IMG/VR virus record: IMGVR_UViG_3300042452_000440 | DNA from: an uncultured virus (IMG/VR IMGVR_UViG_3300042452_000440) | Lineage: Duplodnaviria; Heunggongvirae; Uroviricota; Caudoviricetes | Length of the DNA stretch: 64,000 nt | Direction: 5' to 3' (one strand) | In this document: one piece after another, positions 18,228 to 28,382 of the stretch | Layout of the letters: every line of letters begins with the position of its first letter | Position numbering within the stretch: the stretch's first letter is position 1 | Notes under the pieces: generated by a model | What the model saw: only the letters and a program-made list of their open reading frames with translations | Databases searched by the model: none | What the model was told of the DNA's origin: nothing | Program-made: the position numbers and the translations under genes

Positions 18228-18770
18228 TTATAAGAAACCACCAAGAACTCCCTGTGCAAGATCTCTTACATAAGTTCCTTTAAAAGTTTTATCCATAAAT
18301 GTTGCTTGAACTGGTGCTAAATTTCCTGCAAGAGCATCGCAGTTTGCAATATTTGATTTAAGATCAATCTTATTTCCTGCTTCGATTCTGACATTGTTTC
18401 CTGCTTTTAAAGTTAAATTTTCATCAGCATCAACAACTATATTTGCTCCACGAATACGAACTTGCCCATTTTTCTCTGCGGTAATCCAAACGTCACCATT
18501 CTTCCCAGTGATAACAATATCAACTCCTGTTGAACTGCTTTTCTGCCCTGCAACAATTTCAATCGATTGATCATTATAAATGTGATATAATCCGCCAAAT
18601 TGCATTCCAACACTCGATGTCATTCTTTCATCGGTGACAGCATACAGGTCATAAACGGAAGTTCCGTTTAATCCCATTTGTGGATTTCCAGTATCAATCC
18701 TGAAATGAGGGCTAAAAGACTTTGACTTTCTTCTTTGCCAGTTTTGTTTATCAAAAGGTCTTTCTGCCAT
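18228..18770 (-). CDS. Baseplate spike beta-helix protein (gp5 C-terminal-like)
   Basis: Periodic I.A..GD..I.A..G..I.G.NI repeats directly after the gp5-like gene. Confidence 0.6.
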   Translation of the reverse strand: MAERPFDKQNWQRRKSKSFSPHFRIDTGNPQMGLNGTSVYDLYAVTDERMTSSVGMQFGGLYHIYNDQSIEIVAGQKSSSTGVDIVITGKNGDVWITAEKNGQVRIRGANIVVDADENLTLKAGNNVRIEAGNKIDLKSNIANCDALAGNLAPVQATFMDKTFKGTYVRDLAQGVLGGFL

Positions 18771-18771
18771 T

Positions 18772-20871
18772 TTACTTACTAATACAATCTATTTGCTGTT
18801 TAACTTCACCTTGATATTGCTTTCTTGGTTTGAGAGTTGCTTTAAGAGTTGCCCCATAACCAGTCTGACTCTTAACTTTCAATATGGGCAAGTCTTTAAC
18901 TTCATTCACGTTATTGTTTTCACTATTTATTGGGAACACTCTGATGATTTGACCAGTTCTATTATCAGTATCAACCTCAATCTTATATTCAACCGTAGGA
19001 TTATTTAAATCAATAACCGTATCAGTATTAGTGTAGTTTATTCCTGGATTAACAATCCTAATACCATCAATTACATAAGGAGGTTTAGACTCTGGTGTTT
19101 CTCCTGGATCACTTAATGGATAGTTTTCACCCTCAGAAACAATATAAATGTCAATTACTTGCCCATACGTCGGAGATTCTTCATCATAATCAACGACTGC
19201 TCTTGCAATTGCACCATATCCTTGATTACAATCATCTGTAATTTCAACATATGGTGGATAATCATAACCAGATCCACCATTAAGAACATCGATACCAATA
19301 ATACTTCCTGTTGCTGTTGCTAAATCACCAACTATTGATCCAAGTATTGCTTTACCAACTGCACCAGTTCCAGTGCTTCCAAATATTTTAACTTTAACAC
19401 CACCACAATTTGCAGGACTTCCACCAAAACAATCAGAGACGAGACCTTCAAATCCTGGATTTGAGAAACCTTTATTTAAGAAATCAAGAGATCCAACAGA
19501 CTTAACTAAATCAGTAACTGCTTCTCCTGTATCAATAAATGAAGTAGCAATAGATGCTGCAAGATTTGCAGATGCCATAATATCAGAAACTGAAATTCCC
19601 TTTTGCTCTTTTGCACCCTTTCCGATTACCCACTGCTCAGTCTGTGCGTTGTAATTTGGTGCAACTTCATTGCAAGATAATTTAAAGTTTCCACTTAAAA
19701 GTCCCTCTGCTGCACTTCTTAGCGAAGAGATCAAATTAAATCCCATTAATATTTTTTCTACTCCACCAAGAACAGGAGATAGAATAGATTCTATTCCACC
19801 AATAATATGATTTACTAATCCACCAACAAACTGATCTGCAATACAACTCACAAAATTAGTAACATTATCTGCAACTGAACTTAAAAGACCTTTGATAATA
19901 TTACCAAGACTACTTAAAACAGAATTTGCAACACAAGGTAATGCATTTTGAACTGCTTTAACTGGTGCAACCATCGCTGCTTGTGCTGCAACTCCTGCCT
20001 TATGCGCTATCATATCATTTTGAGTTGCTGCAAAAACAATTGCATAAACTGTTCTATACAGTAATTTCAATCCAGCGTTCAAGATTGGAGCTAGATTCTT
20101 ATATAATTTGTTGATCATTCCACCAACAAGACCGCTTGATATTTTTTGAATCTTTGCGGTAATTTTACCAATTTCCTCATCAATAAATGCTTTTGCCTTT
20201 CCAATAGATCCAGAAACAGTATCACTGACCGATTGAACTTTACTTACAAAATTATTAATCTCTGTTGACATTTTGTCAAGAGTACTTGAATTAGATCCAC
20301 TCGCCGCTTTTACAACATCGCCAATTGCAGTGTAGGCAGATCTTTCATCTGGACCAATTTTTTTTGCTTGTTGTAAGCTTACGTATCTTGGAGACTTTTG
20401 AGAGTTTGCATTATTTTCATTTGATTCATTTTTTACAATATTTGCACCATCATTATCAATTTTACTTGTGTATCCAGTAAATGGTTCAAATGGTCTAGAA
20501 TATTCCTTTGTAGATACTTCTGATGTTCTACCAAATACTCCTAAAATCATTGGTAAATTAAAATCAGGAGCTCCGTCTAAGAAAAATCCAAAGACCATAT
20601 CTCCTGGTGATATAGAAACGCTTGTGAATTGATTTGCTGCACCAGATCCAGCAGTCGTTGGCAGCATCACTTGTGCCCAACGAGCATCATCTTCCTTTAA
20701 GTCAGAAACCTTTGGAGAATCATAACCCAATATACGAACTTTATATCTGTTACTCCATCCAGCACCATTAATTTGTCCTTTTTGAGAATCCTCTGGTTGG
20801 ATTTGCCCAATCCACCATATAAATCCATCCCTTCCAATGAAATTTGATTTTATAAGAGACTGATCTAACAT
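18772..20871 (-). CDS. gp5: Baseplate hub/central spike protein gp5-like (N-terminal OB fold)
   Basis: FIWWIGQI...RYKVRILGY...WAQVMLP...GDMVFGFFLDG...PMILG motif. Confidence 0.8.
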   Translation of the reverse strand: MLDQSLIKSNFIGRDGFIWWIGQIQPEDSQKGQINGAGWSNRYKVRILGYDSPKVSDLKEDDARWAQVMLPTTAGSGAANQFTSVSISPGDMVFGFFLDGAPDFNLPMILGVFGRTSEVSTKEYSRPFEPFTGYTSKIDNDGANIVKNESNENNANSQKSPRYVSLQQAKKIGPDERSAYTAIGDVVKAASGSNSSTLDKMSTEINNFVSKVQSVSDTVSGSIGKAKAFIDEEIGKITAKIQKISSGLVGGMINKLYKNLAPILNAGLKLLYRTVYAIVFAATQNDMIAHKAGVAAQAAMVAPVKAVQNALPCVANSVLSSLGNIIKGLLSSVADNVTNFVSCIADQFVGGLVNHIIGGIESILSPVLGGVEKILMGFNLISSLRSAAEGLLSGNFKLSCNEVAPNYNAQTEQWVIGKGAKEQKGISVSDIMASANLAASIATSFIDTGEAVTDLVKSVGSLDFLNKGFSNPGFEGLVSDCFGGSPANCGGVKVKIFGSTGTGAVGKAILGSIVGDLATATGSIIGIDVLNGGSGYDYPPYVEITDDCNQGYGAIARAVVDYDEESPTYGQVIDIYIVSEGENYPLSDPGETPESKPPYVIDGIRIVNPGINYTNTDTVIDLNNPTVEYKIEVDTDNRTGQIIRVFPINSENNNVNEVKDLPILKVKSQTGYGATLKATLKPRKQYQGEVKQQIDCISK

Positions 20872-20874
20872 TCC

Positions 20875-22242
20875 TTAATCTACCTTATTGTTAGTTGCGA
20901 ATTGCCCAAATGTATCTCTAATTAATTTCATTGATGTATACGATCCAAAAGTATCAAAATGATGACAAAGTGCTTTAATCATATATAGACCACTTTGTTG
21001 ATTATCAAACTCTTTTTTTGCCGATAATGTTGTTTTTGGAAAAAGACATTCAATAATGTCTCCTGCTCTCAAATTTGTATTTGAAGGAACAGTTACAGAT
21101 AATACTTGTGTAAAAAGAGTATTATATCTCACCAACGATTGTGCCTGAAATTCTGATGCATCTGCATTTTGATCAACCGAAACTTCGGAATCAAAAGTTC
21201 CAATGTCGGCAATTGATGCCACCGTTCTTGATGTTGTTTCTCCGAGATCTAATGCTGCTGCATTTGAAAACGAAATTTTAGGTGCTTTTATTTCTTCACC
21301 AAGATTTTTTAACTTTCCAGAGTAATCCTTTGTCTTAAAGTCTTTAATAGTTACCTTAAAAGTTCTTGGATCAAAGATAACTCTTTCTGTGGCAAATGCA
21401 CCCATTCTTAAATTTTCTAATAATTTTTGATTACTTGAAGTATTGTAACTTAAAATATTAAAATCATTATCTCTTTGATCTCTTGATGCATTAATTTCCG
21501 TATATGTATAAGTTGCTTTTGGTGGTTGAGTAATTAAACTATCAATAGATTTAAAAAAGAATCCGTCTTTTGTTTGGAAAAAAACAAATCCAGCACTGCC
21601 ATTTTCTTTTAAAATATCTGGAACTGCCTTAGATGCAAGTGTTACTAAAAGACTAAATGGTTTACGGGAATTGCCTACAAAAGCATATTTGTTTGAAGTT
21701 TGATCTATTTCTACTTTTTTATTTGTTCTTACGTAATCTTTTATAATATTTTCTACCGAAGCGGAAATGGGTGAAGATGATGGATATTTTTTAGTAACAC
21801 TTTCAGTTTCATTTATAATTGCCTCCTTCGATGATAAATGTGCAACAAATACTTCTCTTTGGTTCTCACTGATTACATTACCTATTTTTGAAACATAGAG
21901 ATTCTCTTCTGAATTTGTTGCAAAATCTAGTCCAGGATTTGTCGGGGAGTTTCCTGCAATTTTAAGAGCAACTCTTTCACCACCTCTTAGAGGAAGCCCT
22001 TGATAGATTGATTGCATTTCACCATCTGGTGTCATGCAAACTAGATCTGGATTACCTTGATTGTCAGATTTTGGAACACTGTTTCCTGTGTTTGTAACAA
22101 CAATTGTTGCTGTTATATTGGGTGAAAAAATATCTTCATAATAATCAATAGAAACCGTGCCTAGTCTTACATCGACGGTTTTTTTACCGTCTCTTGATTC
22201 TATTGTAAGTGTTTCGTATATGGACTGTTCTATTGCAGACAT
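20875..22242 (-). CDS. Baseplate hub protein (gp27-like)
   Basis: YYEDIFSP, FVFFQTKDGFFFKSID, VPSNTNLRAGD, SGLYMIKAL.H.F...LIRD; upstream of gp5-like. Confidence 0.65.
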   Translation of the reverse strand: MSAIEQSIYETLTIESRDGKKTVDVRLGTVSIDYYEDIFSPNITATIVVTNTGNSVPKSDNQGNPDLVCMTPDGEMQSIYQGLPLRGGERVALKIAGNSPTNPGLDFATNSEENLYVSKIGNVISENQREVFVAHLSSKEAIINETESVTKKYPSSSPISASVENIIKDYVRTNKKVEIDQTSNKYAFVGNSRKPFSLLVTLASKAVPDILKENGSAGFVFFQTKDGFFFKSIDSLITQPPKATYTYTEINASRDQRDNDFNILSYNTSSNQKLLENLRMGAFATERVIFDPRTFKVTIKDFKTKDYSGKLKNLGEEIKAPKISFSNAAALDLGETTSRTVASIADIGTFDSEVSVDQNADASEFQAQSLVRYNTLFTQVLSVTVPSNTNLRAGDIIECLFPKTTLSAKKEFDNQQSGLYMIKALCHHFDTFGSYTSMKLIRDTFGQFATNNKVD

Positions 22243-22245
22243 TTA

Positions 22246-24141
22246 TTATGCTAGTTGGAAATACTGACTTTGTTCGATATATCTATTTAATCCACTTGTA
22301 TCAGAACTTGATCCACTTAAACCACTACCACCTCTGGAAGATGGTGCAGGTGCCTGTGCAACTTGTGTTGGTTCTTGCATTGGTACTAATATAGTTTGAC
22401 CTTTTCTTTCTGGTGTGACTTGTGTTGCAGTTTGAGTAGATGGTGGGTTAGCACTTGCGATTTGTATTCCTGTTGCATTCGCTGGTTTTGCAGCAGTTTG
22501 GGGTGCAACAGTTTTTCTTCCAATATCTAAAAGATTTAGATATGGTTTTGGATCAATTGGTCTTCCGTTTGGGCGAACTTCATAGTGTAAGTGTATTCCA
22601 GAACCAGAACCAGTATTTCCAATTTCTCCGATCACTTCTCCATTATAGGGTCCAAGTTTAACAAAAATTCTTGCAAGGTGTGCAAAGTAATATTCAGTAT
22701 TACCAGATTTAATGATGACTAGATTTCCATATCCACCACCTTGACCAGCATAAGTAACTGTTCCAGATGCTTTAAACCCAACTAACCATCCTTTCTGTCC
22801 ACTAGTTCCTATGTCAATACCTGCATGACTTCTTGTGGGAGTTCTATATGCTCCATAATTACCACCACCTCCCGAAAGACCAACCTCACGTGTGCCGCCA
22901 GAGGGTCCAGATACATTAATCTCATCCTTGACACGAGATCTTGGTAATGGGGTGGATGGTGTTGGTGTTATTGATGGTTTTCCAAGTGGAGTTTCACGAG
23001 CTTGCTCTACTATTCTAATTTGTTCTGCCGAGTACCTTGATCCACCAACTGTCCAAGGTTGAATTCCTCTTTCTTTAATAAGAGCAACAGCCATTAAATC
23101 TTGATTTTCTGGACTAAATGGATCACTAGGTTTTAAACCAGCGGACTTCATAACTCCTGGAAGAGTATTTGGAATAAATTGATATCTTCCAGCAGCATAT
23201 ACACCATAATCACTAATTTGTGGATTGTTTTTATTCATTAACCATTGTTGTCTTTGAAGAACTTCACCAATGGTCATATCTGTAAGATTTTTTTTAATCT
23301 GAGTTCTAGAATCTAAAGTAGATCCAACGATTTTTTTACCAATTGTTCCCTGATTCATTGCATTATAACTTCCACCACTTTCTGGTCCAGATATAATATC
23401 AAGTGCCTGTTTATGAATGGGTTGCAATTGTCCTGTTGCACTAGTTCCAGGAACTCCTTCCGGCGCACCAGGTGGTGGCCCACCCTCATCAAAATCTAAT
23501 TGATCAAATCCAAGATCAAGTGGTGTTGTAAGCAATCCTATTGCACTGTTAATATCATTTTCAATACCAATCATCCCATACTGTATGGTTGATAATGTAT
23601 TGTCGATTAATTGCTTTTGATCACTAAAATCAAAACCAATTAAATTTCTTAATGTTCCAACTAGAAGTCCACCAAATCCAGAAAGTATAGACGTAACATT
23701 GCCAATAAAAGATCTTAATACACCAAGTAATTTTCCACCTCTTTCTATAAGTTGTTCTCCAAGACGAATAATAGTTGGAAGATTATTTAATAACCATCCA
23801 ACCATCAATGTCCCCACAAAGTCTAGTATTCTACCAAGAAATCCTTTGGTGCTTGATGCTATTACTTTACCTTGTCTTTTGATTGCTCCACCAACACTTG
23901 AAGATTCAACAATATCTTCTCTTTCTCTTCTACGAACTGCTTCTCTTCTTCTTTGAAAATTAGTGTTGGCAATTGATATTGAACGCTGCTTTTGTCTGTT
24001 AGATTGTGAGATAGTTTGATTTATTTTAACCGTCGTCTTTTGAGCACTCACAATACTCTTATTAAATGACATAACAGACTTTCTGATACTATTAACACCT
24101 ATTGATGATTTTAGTAATGTCCCTTGAAGTTGAGTTGCCAT
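22246..24141 (-). CDS. Virion-associated muralytic protein: lysozyme-like domain plus M23 peptidase
   Basis: ESGGSYNAMN...AAGRYQFIP.TL lysozyme-like motif; HAGID, GYGN, HL, HLHYE M23 motifs; helical N-terminus. Confidence 0.82.
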   Translation of the reverse strand: MATQLQGTLLKSSIGVNSIRKSVMSFNKSIVSAQKTTVKINQTISQSNRQKQRSISIANTNFQRRREAVRRREREDIVESSSVGGAIKRQGKVIASSTKGFLGRILDFVGTLMVGWLLNNLPTIIRLGEQLIERGGKLLGVLRSFIGNVTSILSGFGGLLVGTLRNLIGFDFSDQKQLIDNTLSTIQYGMIGIENDINSAIGLLTTPLDLGFDQLDFDEGGPPPGAPEGVPGTSATGQLQPIHKQALDIISGPESGGSYNAMNQGTIGKKIVGSTLDSRTQIKKNLTDMTIGEVLQRQQWLMNKNNPQISDYGVYAAGRYQFIPNTLPGVMKSAGLKPSDPFSPENQDLMAVALIKERGIQPWTVGGSRYSAEQIRIVEQARETPLGKPSITPTPSTPLPRSRVKDEINVSGPSGGTREVGLSGGGGNYGAYRTPTRSHAGIDIGTSGQKGWLVGFKASGTVTYAGQGGGYGNLVIIKSGNTEYYFAHLARIFVKLGPYNGEVIGEIGNTGSGSGIHLHYEVRPNGRPIDPKPYLNLLDIGRKTVAPQTAAKPANATGIQIASANPPSTQTATQVTPERKGQTILVPMQEPTQVAQAPAPSSRGGSGLSGSSSDTSGLNRYIEQSQYFQLA

Positions 24142-24142
24142 A

Positions 24143-25726
24143 TTATGTCATCGGTACATTATAAACACTGTGAGAATAGACTAAAAGATAATTATCTTTA
24201 TTTTCTGCATCAATTGAGGGGACTGAGTTTGCTACTCCACCAGTCTGACTTGAAGCAACTGGTTGTGTTTTTGCTGATGATCCTGGTATTGGGAATGGTA
24301 AGATTGTTGGTGCTGGTTCTGGTAAAGGTCCAACACTTCCTGCTTTCGTAGTTGCCTCTTGTTTAATTGGTGATATTTGTGCTTCTGATATTTTTGATGA
24401 ACTTGAAATTAAAGTCTCTCCACTTAGTTGATCAACGCTAATTTCTCCGTATAATGGTGCTTGTGCAAAATCTTGCTGACTTGCATTTGCTATTACATCT
24501 GATTGTTGCTGAGTACCTTTATCATTCATTAGATTCTCAGAGTTAAAAGCAACATCTGGAATTTTATTGTTTAATGGTTGTGATGATAAATTTTTATTTG
24601 CACCACTATTCCCACCACCAAACATTTCACCTGCTTTATCATAAAATCCTTTCACTGGATCTATTGTTTGACCGAAAATAAAACCCCCAGCACCGAGCCC
24701 AGTTAATAATTTTAACCAAGGTGGTCCAGGAATTTTAGAGGCAAAATTTCCTGCCATAGCTGATAATCCAGCAGCACCAAAATTACCTGCTGCTGCTCTT
24801 GCAGGATCTTCTCCTCCTGCCACATCAAAAAGAGTTCCTAATCCACCAGCACCAAGTATAGAAGTCAATCCAAATCTGTTTAATCCTTGTCCAGAAACTC
24901 TTTGTTCTGCTTCTGCTACTGATCTTGCTGGACCTGCTGGTGGTGGTGTTGCTGGTGGTGGTGTTCCTTTACCACTATTTGAAAAGTTGGGAAGAATATT
25001 TTTAATTTTAGGTATAAGTCTATTTGCTGCTCCCTTTACACCATCAAGAAGTGCTTGAACTGGGGTTAAAAATAACCCTTGTGCAACAGCAGCAGTAATT
25101 TTTGATGCAAATCTAGTTAAACCATTGAATACTGTTGTTAATCCAAATCTGATTCCAGCATATATTCCACCAACAATACCAAGATTTTTTAGAACATTAT
25201 TTCTTATGTCTTCTAATTTTTTCTTATTACCTTCACCTAAGGCTTTAATTGTTTCTATTGATTGATTAATTAACCAACCACCTAAAATTGTAAGAAAGAA
25301 ATCTCTAACTCTTGAAAGAGTGAATGATGCCTTTGCTGCTACCTTTTGAACAGGAGCAACCAGAGCATTTTGTATTCTTCTTTCAATGATACTTTCTTTA
25401 CCTTCTCTTAACTGTTGTTCTGCAAGTCTTCTTTCCTGATTCTGTTCTTGAATATCTTTCCTTCTTTCTAACCCAGAACTTTGATTGATGTTTGTATAGA
25501 CAGCCTGCATTGAGGCACTTAAAGAATTAACTTGCTGAGTAAGAGATGCAAGTTGTCCAGAAACCGTATTTAATGCTAACGAGTTTCTCTGAATTAAGGA
25601 TGTTGTGACTGGATCTGGTTGCGCAACAGGAGCAGGTGCAGGTGCTGCTCTAACAAATGCATCGGCAGACACTGTTCTTCTAGCAACCTTTAATCCCCCT
25701 GATATTGGCGATTTAATCTCAGCCAT
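24143..25726 (-). CDS. Tape-measure-like protein
   Basis: Coiled-coil N-terminus, Gly/Ala-rich hydrophobic helices; position downstream of the gp26/gp51-like genes. Confidence 0.55.
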   Translation of the reverse strand: MAEIKSPISGGLKVARRTVSADAFVRAAPAPAPVAQPDPVTTSLIQRNSLALNTVSGQLASLTQQVNSLSASMQAVYTNINQSSGLERRKDIQEQNQERRLAEQQLREGKESIIERRIQNALVAPVQKVAAKASFTLSRVRDFFLTILGGWLINQSIETIKALGEGNKKKLEDIRNNVLKNLGIVGGIYAGIRFGLTTVFNGLTRFASKITAAVAQGLFLTPVQALLDGVKGAANRLIPKIKNILPNFSNSGKGTPPPATPPPAGPARSVAEAEQRVSGQGLNRFGLTSILGAGGLGTLFDVAGGEDPARAAAGNFGAAGLSAMAGNFASKIPGPPWLKLLTGLGAGGFIFGQTIDPVKGFYDKAGEMFGGGNSGANKNLSSQPLNNKIPDVAFNSENLMNDKGTQQQSDVIANASQQDFAQAPLYGEISVDQLSGETLISSSSKISEAQISPIKQEATTKAGSVGPLPEPAPTILPFPIPGSSAKTQPVASSQTGGVANSVPSIDAENKDNYLLVYSHSVYNVPMT

Positions 25727-25892
25727 TTACTCCCTGCTTAAGGTTTTCTTCTTCAATGTATTGTTTGAGAAGAGAAAGATAAATTTCTCTCTCCCACGGT
25801 ATCATATTTTCAAGCTCTGTCAAGCTATATTTATGGTGCTGCATCAATGAAAAATTAACTTTATAGTATGACTCAAGATCTTCATGAGCCAT
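25719..25892 (-). CDS. gp51: gp51-like baseplate hub assembly protein (57 aa, not in ORF track)
   Basis: Manual translation MAHEDLESYYKVNFSLMQHHKYSLTELENMIPWEREIYLSLLKQYIEEENLKQGVNG*. Confidence 0.75.
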   Translation of the reverse strand: MAHEDLESYYKVNFSLMQHHKYSLTELENMIPWEREIYLSLLKQYIEEENLKQGVNG

Positions 25893-25894
25893 AC

Positions 25895-26614
25895 TCACCC
25901 GAAAAAAGCTGATAGACCCTCCAATACAACTTCACTTTCGACACCAGTATTTGGATTTTTAATTTTGATGATATGTGAAAGTTTTGGCATTGTATCAAAG
26001 AAAGTTTCAATCTCTTTAAATTGTTTTGAACTCAACTGCTCAATAAATTCTTGAAGTTCTTTTTTAGTGCAGTCTGATGCAGACCAAGATTCTTCTTCAG
26101 AATAAACTTGCTCAATACAAGAAGCAATCAAATCAAATGTTTCCGACACACCAATTTCACCACTATCAGCAAAATTACTCTTCACAAACTGATCCATTGA
26201 AGGATATTTCATTCTCAAAATCAAATTATCATCGAGTTTAATATCCTTTGAATGTTTCTCGTCAACCTGAACTTGAATTTCATCAAGATTAATTAGAGTT
26301 GGAACTTGGGTCACATTATCATCTGGGCAAGTAATTAAAACTTCAACATCTTCTCCAACAGATTTACCACGAATGTTGAGGAATAGATATTCAATATCAA
26401 AAGTTGATAGTTCTTCAACCTTGATACCTTTTGTTAAGATACAAGCAGAAATTACATTCTTTACTGCATTTGCAATCTGCTTAGCGTCCTCACTTTCCAT
26501 TGCAATAATCAAGATCTTTTCTTCTTTGACTAGAAAAGGTCTATACTTAATCGTCTTTTTAGACGAAGGAATTTCCAACTCATAGGTTGGAGTAGAAATT
26601 TTTGGTAAAGGCAT
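25895..26614 (-). CDS. gp26: Baseplate hub assembly protein gp26-like
   Basis: MPLPK..PTYEL...YRPFLVKEEKIL...FDIEYLFLNIRGKSVGE...FFDTMPKL...LEGL..FF. Confidence 0.85.
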   Translation of the reverse strand: MPLPKISTPTYELEIPSSKKTIKYRPFLVKEEKILIIAMESEDAKQIANAVKNVISACILTKGIKVEELSTFDIEYLFLNIRGKSVGEDVEVLITCPDDNVTQVPTLINLDEIQVQVDEKHSKDIKLDDNLILRMKYPSMDQFVKSNFADSGEIGVSETFDLIASCIEQVYSEEESWSASDCTKKELQEFIEQLSSKQFKEIETFFDTMPKLSHIIKIKNPNTGVESEVVLEGLSAFFG

Positions 26615-26643
26615 AATAATCCTTACAAGTCAGATAAAAATAT

Positions 26644-27489
26644 TTAGAGGGTTCGTCTAGATCCTATTACTGATCCAGAATTTTTTGCCGATGGTAATTG
26701 ATCATAAAGTTGTCCAGTCACAATTGCTTCGGTGGCTGAAATATTAGACGGTCTAAATCTAACTCCACCTGCACTAGCAGCACCAGCAGACATTGGAATA
26801 TAGACGGGTTTATTTGAACTCGTCTCATTTAAGAAGTTAGTTTTGAATTCTCCAATTTGATTATTATCTTCTCTTCTTGCAATATCTATACTATATGTCT
26901 TTCCACAAACATATCTTTCATAGTTAAATGATGCACTTGCCTTTAAAATTCCAGAAGATTCATAAGATACTGCCGTTGAATTTAATGACAGTGGGAACAA
27001 TCCATAAAAAGTATATTCAATATATCTGTTATAATCTCTATCAAATTTTATGATTCTTGTGGCATTACACTTATATTGCTCGGGATACCTCATTCGATAA
27101 TAATATCCCTCTTGATAAGGTTGCTCAAAAGATCCACTCGAAATAAACTCCATCCAGTGCTCTATAAATTTCAAAGTTCTATATGAATGATCAACATAGA
27201 ATTCCAAATCTAGTTGAACAAAAGTTCTGGTATGCGCCATTTTTTCGGCAACACCAGTATAGTTTCCAACAATATCTGATGTTGCAAAAGAACTTCCTGG
27301 AAGTGAAGCAGAATTGCATAGTAGTCCAACTGATTCATTAATAAATCTAGAATCAACTCCTCTTTGAAGTAAATAAGATCTTAGTGGTCCGGACAGTCCT
27401 CCAAAAATCACCTGATAGTGTGAGGTCTGAGCAAGTCTGCTAAACAGTGGTTTGAACTCTGATATTTTTCTTGGTCTTGGTGCAGGCAC
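26644..27489 (-). CDS. Tail-tube-like protein (gp54/gp19-like)
   Basis: LLC.SASLPG...LEFYVD...HWMEFI...YTFYGLFP...SF.Y tube-fold pattern; GTG start. Confidence 0.65.
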   Translation of the reverse strand: MPAPRPRKISEFKPLFSRLAQTSHYQVIFGGLSGPLRSYLLQRGVDSRFINESVGLLCNSASLPGSSFATSDIVGNYTGVAEKMAHTRTFVQLDLEFYVDHSYRTLKFIEHWMEFISSGSFEQPYQEGYYYRMRYPEQYKCNATRIIKFDRDYNRYIEYTFYGLFPLSLNSTAVSYESSGILKASASFNYERYVCGKTYSIDIARREDNNQIGEFKTNFLNETSSNKPVYIPMSAGAASAGGVRFRPSNISATEAIVTGQLYDQLPSAKNSGSVIGSRRTL

Positions 27490-27490
27490 T

Positions 27491-27524
27491 CTAAATACCT
27501 ATTATGAGTCTTTTAGTTATTTAG
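27491..27524. promoter_or_regulatory. Face-to-face late promoters of divergent operons
   Basis: CTAAATA on + at 27491-27497 and on - at 27518-27524, in the 35-nt gap between divergent genes. Confidence 0.7.
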
Positions 27525-27962
27525 ATGTCCTATAAGGGAAAATATAAACCATCATATCCACAAAAATACAAAGGAGATCCCACCAATATCATATACAGAT
27601 CATTATGGGAGCGCAAATTCATGGTCTATTGTGATCTGAATGAAAATGTTTTGGAGTGGTCTTCTGAGGAAAAATGTGTTGCTTATAGATCTCCAATTGA
27701 TGGAAGAGCACACAGATATTTTCCAGATTTCCTTATCAAAGTCAAAGAGGAAAATGGTTCTGTCAAAAAATATATGATCGAGATCAAACCAAAAAGGCAA
27801 ACTGTCCCACCACCAAAACCTAAAAGACAAACAAAGGGATACATCTACGAAGCATATGAGTATGCTAAAAATCAAGCAAAATGGGAAGCAGCAAGAGAAT
27901 GGTGTGCAGATCGTGGTTATGAATTTAAAATCATCACAGAAGATCACTTAAATATCAAATAA
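27525..27962 (+). CDS. gp4: Head completion nuclease gp4
   Basis: KYKGDPTNIIYRSLWE...WSSEE...YFPDF...IEIKP...NQAKWEAA...FKIITE. Confidence 0.9.
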   Translation: MSYKGKYKPSYPQKYKGDPTNIIYRSLWERKFMVYCDLNENVLEWSSEEKCVAYRSPIDGRAHRYFPDFLIKVKEENGSVKKYMIEIKPKRQTVPPPKPKRQTKGYIYEAYEYAKNQAKWEAAREWCADRGYEFKIITEDHLNIK

Positions 27963-28369
27963 TGCCAAGAAAAAGTCTAAAAGAAAGACAACAAAAAAAG
28001 GTCACAGATACAGATACGAATCAAAACCGAGTTCGTGCTGTTCTTGATGGAATCACAGGAAAGGAAAGTGGTGATGATTTAATGTTGGAACTTTTAGAAG
28101 TGATTCCTGAAAGTGGAAAAATACCAAGACCAGGTAAATTTTATATTTTTGTTTACAATGCCAAGACTCCTAATATTCAATTTGATCAAAATCCTCTTGT
28201 TGCTGTGACAGATGTTTTTCGGTGGGGATTTAAAGGAATCAATATGCACTGGGGAGAAACTCGTCAATATACTTGGGATGAGGTTGCTGGATCTTTATAT
28301 GAAGTCTTCCCATCTGAAATAAAAGACTTACAAGCAATACCTTTTGCGAATTTCCGAATAAATAACTAA
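27962..28369 (+). CDS. gp2-like DNA end protector (short form)
   Basis: GKFYIFVYNAKT...DQNPLV...GFKGINMHW motif; position next to gp4. Confidence 0.6.
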   Translation: MPRKSLKERQQKKVTDTDTNQNRVRAVLDGITGKESGDDLMLELLEVIPESGKIPRPGKFYIFVYNAKTPNIQFDQNPLVAVTDVFRWGFKGINMHWGETRQYTWDEVAGSLYEVFPSEIKDLQAIPFANFRINN

Positions 28370-28382
28370 AAAAGTATCATAA

